A DNA stretch of 64,000 nucleotides, from NCBI GenBank assembly GCA_010909165.1, contig VJWM01000202.1:124001-188000 (forward strand), in the 5' to 3' direction. A program made the position numbers and the translations under genes. Origin of the DNA: Anthoceros angustus. Taxonomy: Eukaryota; Plantae; Anthocerotophyta. This document shows positions 24,775 through 36,951 of this stretch, piece after piece; position 1 is the first letter of the stretch; every line of letters begins with the position of its first letter. The notes under the pieces are model-generated. The model searched no databases. It worked only from the letters and a program-made list of their open reading frames with translations, and was not told the DNA's origin.

Positions 24775-27700
24775 TCAGAACTCAAAGCTGACGGAATGGT
24801 AGTGCAGAGCAACGTTGGCTCGGCCTGGCAGCACGGAGCTGTGTTTTTGGCAAGCAGCAGCTACGTTCTGTTGCATACTTTGGGGCCCGCACACCATCAC
24901 CCCAACGTGGGTTCCAGCCAGGCGCTTGGCAGCCTTGTCCAGAATGTCTGCAGGAGTAGCATCGATCCCACACATCACCCAGGTTAGTAAGCGTAGATAT
25001 GCGGGACTAAACTAACCCGTTGGAAGTGGATCAGACCGTGTTGTGAAGTACGCACCTTCGAGGTCGGGCCTACGGCCGAAGTGGACGTTCTCAGCTGGTC
25101 TCACGAGCTGGTTTGATCGCTCGTCTGCGGGAGCGACGTGAGTGGCCCCTTGTGCAACCCGAACTCGGTCCGTTTTAACATCTGGTTGTGGGACGACGTG
25201 ATTCCCATCGCTTTGCTCTGTTTTGCTTTGGATCAAGGTCGGAGCTGGGTCCGGAGACTGCGGGCTGTAGTCTTTGTCGAAAAGAGTTGCCCAGATGAAG
25301 ACGGTTGATCCACCGAATACCACCACACCTAGCACCATGGCCAGCAGGTTCAGCAAGCTGGCTGAAGAGAAATTGAACCCGTGCTCGACGTCTAGGTGGA
25401 TCCAGTATCGCCCAAACAGCCCCCATACAAGCAGGAATCCCAGAGAGGACGCAACTACCACCGCCAAGTGGCCCCAGTTGCTGTCTTTGCCTACTTCAGG
25501 GCAAAGGGGCTCTAAGATCGCTCCAACGTTGTACAAGGACTCTGTGCCGTCCTTTTCGGACACGCCCTGCGCTTCTGGATCGGCGGAAGTTTGTCTGGTA
25601 ACGTAGGCTTGAATGTCCAGCTGAAGGCTGGGGCAGAGCTTGGGATTGTAGGAGTCAAGAGTAAGTGAGTTGAGAATCTGCAGTTCGTCAGCTTCCCGCA
25701 CAGCCCAGATGAGGGTCACAGCTGTAGGCAAGTTGTCCGGCGATTGTGTTTCATGGCGATAGGCAAGGTCTTTTAGGATGGCGATGAAAGGAGCCAGTCC
25801 GCTGCCTCCAGCCACCAAGATCAGGCTGTCGTATCTGCAAGAGGAGTTCAGGATTTGTGAATGAATGTGCCTGCAGTCATACATTGGCGCCCAGCAGGAG
25901 ATTTGGAGGTGGGTTCTCGTGGGTTTGTGGAATGAAATTCTCACCGAAGAAAGTCCGGGGATTCAGGACCGTAGGGCCCTTCCACACTGGCCGCTACCGA
26001 GAAGCTGAATGGACAGGACTTTCGATTAGCCGCCTGACTGACCACTTGTCCGAGCTTCTCTGTCCATGCGCCATTGTTCTTCACCAAAACCGTAATGTGA
26101 TCGCGTTCCGCAAGCGAGCTTGAAACCATGGTGAAGGGGTGCCACTGCCATCTGGACAGTGCCGGAATGTTGATGAATATGAAGCTGGTCGCGCTGTACT
26201 TGAGACCTGCACAGTCCAGGAGGTGGATACTTGAGACGCAGTGCGCGGGCGGGATAAAACGATCGTGACCAAGCCATGGATGAGACCTGCAACAGGTCCG
26301 TCGATTAGGTACCTGGATGCTTGGCAAACTTCAGCTCGGTAGTGTTGCCAGGGAGAGGCCGGACGGAGAGCAGGCCTGCAGATTTCCTGGACTGGATGAA
26401 CCTGAGGAAGCGGTCGATGGTGAAGAGGAACACGCCGGCCATGATCATGTAAAAGAAATCCTGGCCGATGTGCAGCATCGTGAAGACGAGGAAGAGGATG
26501 TAGAGTTGGTGAGTCCCGAAGAAGAAGTTGAAGAAGCGGGAGCGAACTTGGTGTATGGAAGTCCCTGCTATGATCAACCCGAACACCATCGCAATCAGTC
26601 CTGCCAAATTGTTCTCGTGATGCTGTGGCCACTCCTTCCACTGCACAGTACATCCATTCCCACATGTGACCACTGGTCTCATGATCAGTAACTGACATAA
26701 CTCCAGTGTACAGTAGTGCTTATGTGCACGCATGTACACTATACAGCACCACACCTTCAATGCTCAAAGGATTTGAGGGAATCACCTTCTCGGCCAATAA
26801 CCCCATCTTGCACCAGTACGAATAGTAAATCACTGTGTGGACGAGAGCGATGAAGATGCTGGTGAAGCCCACCCAAATGTGGTACCTCACAGCATGCTCG
26901 AAGGGAATGTTGATAAGACGGAGGAGTGCGGACCCTCTCGAGACCGGGAAGAGCAGAAAGGCCATGGCCACAAAACACAAAATACCAGAGTAGTAGCCAG
27001 TGAAATCCACGCGAATGTCATACCTAGGGTCAGACAAATAGGGCAATTCACGACTTATAAATTCTAATCTGGCAGCCAAGGTTGCGCAAAGCAAATTAAA
27101 TCTGGCATTCCAAAAGGATGGATGCCTACAGGCCACAAGGTGTGCACGTACCTAGTGTAAACAATTCCACGCTGTAAGCCAAAGTCCTTCCAGAATGCAT
27201 AATCTATGTTGAAAATCCCAACAGTCTCAAACCACAAAATGACCCACACGTTGAGCAGAAGGAAGAGCAAAAGAATAATGAGGTCGGCCGCAGTCACAAT
27301 CCCCAAAACCCCTTGAGTGAGCACCGGGTAGGTCCACAAGCTCACTCGTGGCCTGCCGCCTTTGGGATTCTTCCTGTTATGCCACGAGAGAAACAGACTT
27401 GTAAGTGCCCATAAATCTCCATTTTTCGACATGCACCATCATTCAAGCTTACAGTTTGGTGGGCTGTTTGGACTTGATGAGCTGCAGGTAGACCGCAGCC
27501 AGCATGGCAACGACGACGAACGGAGCCATGAACACCAACTGCCAAGACGCTGCACGCATGCACACCAACCCCGTTCGCGAGCACCCATCAGCCAACCAGC
27601 CCAGTCCTCGGGCCTGTGACGTAATTCAGAGCCCTGCAAGCTGCGATGAATCGAACTGCGCGTTATAACTACCTCCCATGCCGAATGTGGGCGTCGTGAC

Positions 27701-27844
27701 GTCGTCCATGAGATCGTAGTCCAAATTGGTGCCCTTCTCCGAGGGCTTGGCCAACCAGTAGCCAACGAAGAAGAGGAAGGTGAGCCAGATGGCCACCTTC
27801 ACCACGAGCGCCGAAAACATCCTCACTGATTCTGTCGACGCCAT
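24775..27844 (-). CDS. FRO: Ferric reduction oxidase (FRO6/7/8-like), apparently intact, ~8 exons, copy A
   Basis: Heme-ligand His motifs YHIWVG..LVH and THQLY..MLH; FAD motif WQWHPFT; VEGPYGP; NADPH motifs LVAGGSGLAPF, FGRRPDL, VMVCGP; C-terminal HYHSVSFEF; canonical splice sites. Confidence 0.93.
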
Positions 27845-28522
27845 GAGAAACCTGGAATTCCTTCTCTCCCGATTGGTGGCTTCTGGTAGCAGCAGGGCCT
27901 TTTATGCGGATGCGGAATCCCATAGCTGGGCCCTCCGCTGACCCTGTGGCCAGGGAGCTCCCCCATTTGCCCGCTAGTGCACACCCAGAGGGAATGCTGT
28001 ACTATCGTCTGTACGCCCGGCCCGTTGCGGGCTTCTCCTTCCCGCTTGTCGAGACGCCTTGCCGTCCTGTACCCCGCCTGCCAGTACCATCGCCTAGTAC
28101 AAGAGCTAGGACAGACTGCTATTTCCAACCTTGGCGGGCCACGCACCTCGGTGTACGGACCCATCCCCACTAATTGTGCTAACCATGATTAGATCATGTT
28201 ACACAAACCAGCCCACAACAGCGCCTCCTACAGGGGAAAGAGCACCGCCTTGTTGGCGGCCATAGCTTTGTTTTATCTAGATCTCTGTGTATCACCCTCA
28301 GAGACGTTGCGTGTTCATCATCTTCTATCCCGACTTCCCTTTTCGTGAGACCTTCTGGATATGGACGAAATTTCGCTTTCTAGAGTGCTCGTGTTCTGGG
28401 CGATAGTCCTCTGTCCTTGCCCGTGGAAAACAGGAAGCCACTAATGTGGGAATGTGGATTGATTTGCGAAGACTACAAACTTTTGTCGTCTCTGGCTTGT
28501 AGAGCGCGAATCACGGCTAGGA

Positions 28523-30541
28523 TCAGACGTGCCGAGGGCTGCTATATGTCGAGAACAGGTAAGCAAGGATGTCTTGAGATTCCCCCAGATTTGCACCCGT
28601 GTTTGGGTCCACAAGATAAGGCACCTGCTTGTTGCGTCAGGGATCTTTGTTAGTGTGACAAAGTGATCCCGCATGACACATATTCAAATGGCGGAGGATG
28701 CTAACCTTGGTGGAGCCTGCAAGCTCTAGCAATGCAGCTCGAGCAGAGGATCCCTTCCCTGCGTTTCTCAAAACATATGGAAGCTCCAGTTCGCACAAAG
28801 CTTCTCGGACGAGTCGGGCAAACTGTAAATGCGAAGGAGATAACAACAAATGCGGTTCTTGTCACTTGCGGGAACGACAGGACTTTCAAACACGAATCAG
28901 AATGGGAAGGAAGGATAGGTTGAAGGAAACCGTACCTGATTGTTTTCGTAGCTGTAAAGCTCCAGCTTCTTATCAGGTGCCTCTGCTTTCGCCTGTGTAT
29001 ACCGCACCATGCCTCTCCCTGCCCTAAGAATGGTTGGTACCCAACCAGTCACGAGTGTGCTGCAAAATTGGTCAAAGGTTAGTCATGAAGTCGTACCCTC
29101 ATCAACCTATCCTTTAGTCCAAGACCTTTGCAGTTCCTCACCTCTCTAGGAGCCCAGAAGATGTCTCTTTCCCTTCACCGTACTGCTGGAATAAGTATTT
29201 CACAATGTCAGCTGCATACCGTCCAAGGTCAGAGGGCACGCAAAAACTGCCAAATCCAGCCTACCATGCCCACAAGCAACCTCATGTCCTTTCCCTGCCA
29301 AGGAAATTAACACAGTCAAGAGGCTATGAAGGACTTACAGCTCTCATACAGGGTAACACCAGTGTTAGGATCCAGAAAGAAAGGAAACCTGAAAAACACA
29401 GCGTACACGCGGTGCTCAGGAGAAGACATGGAACCGAAAGTGAGAGAGTGTGCCCCACCCAGTGATAAGACATGCAGCCTGGCTTGAGTTCTTACTGATC
29501 CTTGCCACCCACCCTCCTCACGAATTCTCGATGCCTTACAGATCCCTTTGGACAAGGATAAACCTGCCACCAGTCCACAGGCGTGTTCAACACCAAAACT
29601 AGTGTATGCCAGTTTCATCCAAGCTACTTCATACGCCCTACCGGCCTGCATACCTCGGCAGAAAGATCAAGTTCAGTCAGTGCTTCTCTGACCCGTCTGC
29701 AGAATGGGCACGCCTCTGAAAATGAGAGTAAAATCTCAAACGTGCCTCGATCCATAATTGTTCAAAATACTCCAGCTTGCAGTGCTCACCAAACTCGTAA
29801 AGCTGGAGCAACTTGGGCGGCTGCCCTTTCTCAGTCCTCGCTGTTGCGGCCTCCGGAAGTACATTCGAGCCCCACGGCAATCTGGCTATGCTTGCCACTC
29901 CGGATGTGGCAGTCTGCATTGTCAGGAAACTCCTTTGTCGTCAGTAAACCCCCGACCCCTCAGTCTCCTCATCTGGGTGGTGACCAAACAGGGGGAATCC
30001 CACCTCCAAGAAGACATTCCGAGGCTCTGTTGGGTCGCCACCCTGCACACTAACCATCATCAAGAAAGGAATCCGGATGTCGTTGTGCTACACGGGCACA
30101 CATCACAGCTAAGTTGCGACAGTCCATCTTCAAGGCCACACGAAACCTCTTCCCCAGAATCCCATGCCATCAAAGTGGGACCACATTCCTCCGTGAAGAC
30201 CTTACCCCAACAAATTTCAGCAAAGGGCATAGAAAGGTCAAAAAGTTGCCACTGCCTGTTGCTCTGACTTCCGGTCTAGCTTCTGGTGCTGGTTCCGATC
30301 CGGATTCCGATTCCACGGCCGTCTCGCCATCGGCACCATCCTTCGTGACTCGCAGGACGCGCCCACCCTGGGCACCAAACCTTAAAGGCAGGACTCCGAA
30401 TTTCGCAGAAGAAGCCATCGCAACTCGCGAGCCCACCAGGGCGGTCTTTCCAATTCGATCATGGGAAGCACCAGCGAGTCCAGCAGACGGGCCGCAGGTG
30501 ATCCCAATTCCAGCCGCAGCCGCAGCCACAGCCACAGCCAT
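28523..30541 (-). CDS. Chloroplast thioredoxin-fold protein with two GST N-terminal domains (AT4G10000-like, GST-2N class), multi-exon
   Basis: Ala/Ser-rich transit peptide; LQLYEF-EACPFCRRVREALTELDL; VYPCPKGS; FPFFLDPNTG; FARLVREALCELELPY; VPYLVDPNTG...ILAYLFSTYS. Confidence 0.88.
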
Positions 30542-31509
30542 TCCCCCGGGAGGCCTACTCCAGGATACAGCACGGAATCACTTCGGTCTCACTCACAGCC
30601 CAGGAGAGAGACAAGATAAACGCTATAGAAAGAAGGGTGACCACAGATTGGAGAGCGATCAGAGAGTACACTCACTGCGAGAATGTGATGACGGTGGTTT
30701 CCTTGAGCAGCTGATGAGAGGAAAGGGGATAGATTTGTCTTAACTAGAGAGCTCTTTGTCCACACACTTTCAAAGCCTCAGCACCCGTCACCGGGCCTCC
30801 TCTACTTATATGCCCTGTCATCCATTCGCCCATTTGCTGCAGGAATCCTGCCACTGGGTGCGTCATTCTCGGGAATTTCTGGACACCCAAAGGTGCCCTC
30901 CCCCACCAGTCCAGGTTTGCAACAAGCAGCGGCGCGCCGCTGGCTGTAGGAAGGCGCTAGGGAGCAGGGCAACAGCAGCAGGTGGATTGCAGCAGGAGCT
31001 CCAGCTCCAGGCACCGGCGGCTCGGAGAGCCCAGCCTCCTGAAGAGCCTTGGCAGATGCTGCCGTAAATTTCCAGTTCCTGGAGAGTGAGTTCTGTCTGC
31101 CACAGGCACTCCGCTAGCTCCGCGGTAAATCCCGCGCCTTTCGATGAATTTGCTTCCTCCTGGGCCTGCCAATGCGTGCGCTGTATGCAATGCAGAATGT
31201 GGGCTGTAACAGAGGATTCGGCTCTGTTGTGTGAGAATCCGGACTTGTCATACCTCATCCAGCCTGGCCCCAGTTTGGGCTTTCCAAATTGGTACTCTAC
31301 ATTTCATAGGATCGCCCACAAAGTCTGTCCTTCATCCATGGGTGCCCAAGCTATTTTCTTTTGCCGCCCAAGAATGCAATTTGCCCCGTCGGGAGTCGCT
31401 TAGGTCATGAGCTTGGAAATGGATGATGTGGGTTTGTGGTGCCTCGTTCCTATAGATTCGAGTGTAGCGTGTTGTCGCTTTGGTTTTTCTTATCTTGTGC
31501 TCCCTGTAG

Positions 31510-34500
31510 ATGGGAAGAGCGGGTGGGAAAAAGAAGAGAGGAGCCGCGGGAGGAGAGGCTGCTCCAGCTGCACCTAAATTAGACCCTGATGATGCGGTGA
31601 GTCTCAAGATGTGTGCCCTATGATTTTTGTTTCAGCCCTGCACGTTGCTGGAGCTGTGTGGATGCTGTGACTGTAGGAGTTTCTGAAGAGAGCCCACGAG
31701 CTGAAGGAGGAAGGCAACACTAATTTTCAGTCTAAGAATTATGCCGCAGCGTTGATAAATTATGATCATGCTATCAAACTGACTCCCAAGGGGCACTCTG
31801 ATCTCGCTATCCTCTACAGGTGAGACAATTAACCTCTGAATACATATGTGCTACGATTCTCTCTGTACTTCTCTGAGTGGAACGTCGGCTTATTGTTCCA
31901 GCAATCGGGCAGCATGCCTCCTGCAAATCAAGCCAGTGCAGTATGACGCTGTGGTTTCCGAGTGCTCCTTAGCTCTTGAGCTTCAGCCGAGGTATGCAAA
32001 AGCATTGTCCCGAAGAGCTCGGGCTTACGAAGCTCAGGGGAAGTTGCAGCTGGCGCTGACTGACACTGAACTTCTTTTACAGGTTTCTTCTGCACAAGCA
32101 TGTATCCATGTGTCTGTTTCTCCCTTCTTTTGCTGGCTTGGTCTTACTGATACCCGTCCCTGCAGGCTGACCCAAACAACCAAGAGGGTCTTGATTTGAT
32201 TAAAAGGATAAGGGCTTCGTTAGAGACAAAGGTGGAGGTTCAACAAGACTCCAGGCGTAGAACAGCAGGTACAACTGGCGCGTCATCCACTGGCAGCACA
32301 AGCGCAGCCAGGGGGCCGGTCCTACCTGCAAAACCACTGGGGAAGAAGAAGAGTAGCAAAACCCTTTCAGATAAAGATGCAACTGTGCTGGATGACGGAA
32401 GTGATATGCACAGGGCGCATGCTGGGTCTTCGGCAGAGCAGGTGACTGGGGCAAAGGATGCCCTAGCAGATGGGGTCTCTCAGAAGCCCAGGAGTTTGCA
32501 GGGGCAGGAAGGGTCCACTGGGCATGGGAGTGAAGCCAAAGCTCAGAAGACTGTGGAGGCTCGAGCCATGAGGCCACTGAAGCTTATTTATGGCCATGAT
32601 ATCCGGCTTGCAGAAATGCCTGTCAACTGCGGGTGAGAGCTTGCCCATGCTGGACATAAAAGTTATCCTTTGTTCGGAGCCATTTGCAGTGTGCTCAGTC
32701 CCTTGTTGCCTATGGCGTTGCGTAGGTTCGGTAAACTACGAGACGTGGTGAGGCAAAAATTTCCATCATCAAAAGCTGTGTTGGTTAAATATAAGGACTC
32801 TGAGGTATGTCCTGGCAGTGACTCTGGCAGGCTATAATGTCTGACTCGCAACAATAGTTGCAAAAAAGTGGGGTTTCATACTCTTGGTTGTTGCTTGGTG
32901 CACCAGGATGATCTGGTTACAATAACAAGTAGGGCGGAGCTTCGACTTGCAGAAGCTGCGGTGGCAGAGCCTGATCCACAGAAACCTGTCTCACCGATAA
33001 CTGCGGTGGAGGGAAACAACCACTCACCAACAAAATCCCAGGAGGTGCCACAGAAGCCTGCTATTGCGTCTCCTGCATTGTTGAGGCTCTACATCGTTGA
33101 AGTGAGTCCAGAGCAAGAGCCCCCTATTCCAGAGGATGATGCACTTCCAGAAGTGGTTGAGGAGGATGGTCAAGTGGAAAATACGAGTACTCCGGTAGAG
33201 GAAGAGGGAAAGCCAAAGGCGGATATGCCTAAGGTGGAAGTGAAGAATGGCAAGCTTGTGAAAACCGAGGACGGACAGGTGGTAGGTGAGGAGATGGAGA
33301 TCGATGATTGGTTGTTCGATTTCGCCCAACTGTTCCGCAACCATGTCGGTAAGTTTCTTTCATTGCCCGTCGGCATTGTCTCACATGAAACAGAGCTGAC
33401 GTTGCTGTTTGGATCTTCGTCCGTGTGAAGCAGGCATAGACCCGGATGGCCATGTCGATTTCCATGAACTGGGAATGGAGCTATGTTCAGAGGCCCTGGA
33501 ATCAGTAGTAACCAGTGAGGAGGCACAACCTCTGTTTGAGGCTGCAGCTGCGAAGTTTCAGGAAGTGGTGGGTGCAAGATGTGCCCTTGTCTTCGCTTCA
33601 GCTTGTGCCAGGGCAGAGATGAGTCTGCTAACCTTCAGTATGGATGATTCAGGCAGCCTTGGCCTTCTTCAACTGGGGCAATGTGTTCATGTGCGCTGCT
33701 CGAAAGCGTGTCCCGATGGACGATGCCACCGACAAGCCAGCCCAGTTGAAGGCCGCATACGAGTGGGCACAAAGTCATTACAAACTGGCTGGGCAAAAGT
33801 ACGAGGAAGCTTTGAAGATAAAGGGAGACTTTTACGAGGTATGAATCACCCGGCAGCAAAAAAACCTGCCATGCCTCTCCATCGCAGCTGGGTTGATGGA
33901 GCAGTGCCTTGTTTTGCAGGGTGTGCTGGCTCTGGGGCAGGAGAAGTTCGAAAGTGCCAAGCTGCAATGGGCTTCAGCCCTTGCTAGCGGTGTAGACATA
34001 AAGACATGGGACGCAAGTGAAACCCTGGCCCTGTACCACACAGCTGAGGACCAAATGAGAACTGCAGCTGAGGTGAGGGGGTTGGTGCAAGCCATAGACC
34101 ATGTCTGCCTCAGCGGTGTTGTTTTTCCTCCGTGACTGACAGGCCAGGCATGCTCGATGCTTCCAGATGTGGGAGTTGCTGGAAGAACAGCAACGGGCAG
34201 CCAACTCTGATGCATCGAAGAACAAGAAGGAAACCCCAAAAGCAGACGCAGGGAAGCCAGACGGAGCACCAGAACCCGAAGGTGGCGAGCCTGGACAAGA
34301 TCCTGTGGACCAGGGTGCAGCCATGAGGTCCCAGATTAACCTGTTCTGGGGAAACGTCCTGTTCGAACACTCCCAAGTCGAGGTCCGTGAAACCCTAGAC
34401 CTTGGGAGGCATCACCATCCGAGCTCTTGCACACATCCTATCACTAACCTGATTTCCCGCCAATTTTTGCAGTATCGTCTAGGACTGCCGTCCTGGCAAG

Positions 34501-34910
34501 AGCGGCTGGACGCGGCCGTGAAAAAGTTCAAGACGGCGGGGGCTTCCAACGAGGACATCTCCGGTGCACTGAAGAACCATCCCTTCAGCGAGGCCAAGAG
34601 GGAGGCCGCCGCTGCTGAGAAGAAGGAGGCATCCAGCTCGACTCCGGACTGCAATGGCGCGGCCGCGGGTGCGTCCTCGTCCAGCAGCGCGCCGGAAGCC
34701 ATAGCCACAAGCTCTGCCATCATCGTCATCCCTGAACCTCCCCCGGCCCCCGAGCCTCCCCTGGCCCCTGAGCCGCCCCAGGCCCAGGGTCCGGAGCCAG
34801 TGCTACCAGATGCTGCTGCTGCAGGCCGTGCAGCCGCAGATGCCGCTGCAGAAGCTTCGGCTCCGCATCCGGAGTCCAAGGTTGCGGAGTCTAACGGCAG
34901 CGTAGAATGA
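31510..34910 (+). CDS. CLMP1: PHOX/CLMP1-like TPR + PB1 (octicosapeptide) protein, multi-exon
   Basis: MGRAGGKKK; FLKRAHELKEEGN; SNRAACLLQ..Y..VVSECSLAL (TPR); PLKLIYGHDIRLA, VLVKYKDSEDDLVTITSRAELRLAE (PB1); IDDWLFDFAQLFRNHVGID; LFWGNVLFEHSQVEY. Confidence 0.9.
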
Positions 34911-36951
34911 GACCGGGCAGATTGTAGGCTTAAGAATTGCAAATGCAATCACGGCAGACAGGTTAGCGATTCTTCCATTCCACCTATGCTCTCCCTTCCT
35001 TCCCTTCAACAGGTAGCTGTCAACATGCCTTGCTTGAATGCGGTCAAGCCTGTATGCCAGCTACTGTGAGCAAAACAATTTTGATTCCCTTCCGTGCAAT
35101 CCCGCTTGACCCATTCGCAACGGACTTCTGTCATGCTGATCCATCCATTGATCGCAGCTCACCATCGATACATTCATCCTTCGTTCCGTAGCTGGCCTTC
35201 GCGGGCAGCGGCCTGGCGATAGCACGTGCAGCTGCATGTGCGTCGGTCCCAGTCGCCTCACTTCAGACGGCGTCTACTGCGAGCTTGGGCGCATCCGCAG
35301 TGTCGGAGCTCCGGCAGCGACCGCAAGGTGGCCGGGATGACATGCCCCCGCGCCACGCGGGCGCTGGGCTGCGTTTCACTGCTGGCATACTTCAACCACG
35401 ACTAATTGGCTGCTCTGTAGATAAACATCATGACGCGTAATATAAGTCAGATGAGACAATCCAGGCTACCGGCTGCAGCCGGTGGTCCCTGTCGCCGGGC
35501 GCCTCGTCCAAAGCACCCAGGTTTTCCCTCGCTCCGCTGTCTTCGATCGATCGATCGACCCACGAGCCTGCCTGCCCGCTTGCGGCTCGTCTTCGCGTTG
35601 CCTTGCCGTGGCACGATCCAGGCTCCAGCCTGCCCCTGCCCTGCTTCCTTGTTTGCTCTTCCTGTCCTTTTTTCTTACCTGTCTAGCCGCGGGCAACTGC
35701 TCTCGGCTCCTCTGCCTTCTCCCCCTTCCCTTCCTATTGCATCCTGTGGCCCTGCTCCCTCCTCAGCTGCATTCTGATTCGGGCTAGGTTTGCGTGTTCT
35801 CGACGCGCGTTCATCTGCCTCCGCGTGCCAGGACACGCTCCCGGGAGCCGGAGCCGGCCATGGCGGGATTTTTGGTCTGCCTGTAAGGGGCAGCATGGAG
35901 GGCTTGGCTTCCTCCGGACCGTCTGCCTTGGCTGCCACAAGAGCTTAATTGCTCCCACCTTCTCCCGTATTTGCATTGCCAGGCCCTCTGCCTTTGCGTG
36001 GCTGCCTAATCCGGATTGCTGGGCGGCTCGACATGGGTGCCTGATTTCGGGCTTCTTGCCACCCTCTCGTTTCTTTCATCTGGTGTCTTCTTGTTTTGAC
36101 TCTGCCCACCTTCGGTCTGCCAACTCCTTCCTTGCTGGGCGAAATCGGGCCTAACACTCTCAGCACAGGCTTCGCCGTACAGCTTTCGCCTAATTCGGCA
36201 ACTGCGACCCTGACTCAGTAACGGACTCATGCAGGTGCGTCACCTTTGCCTGCGCCTAGTGATGAATGAGCATGCTGCTGCGATTCGTACACCACGTCGT
36301 CGCTGCCGCTGTGAGCTCCTCTCCCGGAGCCTGCAGTACCTCAGCACCAGCGTTGGGTTCCCTTAGTGGTGGTGACTCCCATTAGGTTTAGGTGGAGCCG
36401 ATCCAGGTTGCAGGTTCATGTCAGCTGCCTGGGGGATCCTGTTCGCCTAGGATCACTTGGGGTATGTTGCCCGGACTGTGTGTACGGAACCCTCACTTCT
36501 CCACTAGAATGGAATTGGTGTTGACCAAGAAGCGTATGTCATCTGCTTCTCGGGGTTCGACCTACGCTTACCGGGCACTCCTAAGGTGCAGGAACGGTCT
36601 AGAATTTGGTCCTAGGGACAAGAAATTGGTGTCTGTATATGTTGATGATCACCATGGCTGACTAGCTGTCGTTACTCTGTTCACGGTTCCGCCACTGACT
36701 GCTTCTAAGTCCTCGTGGCTGTAGGATGGTGTGCTGTAGTAGTGCCTGGAATCCTTCCTGGTGTTGAGGTTTGTAGCGTGAAAGGTTCATAGGGTTGGTG
36801 GATTTGTGGGCTGCAATCAGGCTCTAGGCTGTGGGTTATTTTCCCTTTTGATCTCATGTTGGCTGCTGTTGCAGGCTGAAGTTTGTTAAGAGGGTGCCGT
36901 TCTGGCTCATCTGGCAGGCAAGCCGATCATTTTTGGCTGCAAGCTTAAGAA

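Noticed and set aside
30863-31258. 131-aa minus-strand ORF between GST-2N and PHOX
   Set aside because: No recognisable motif; lies in promoter/UTR space.
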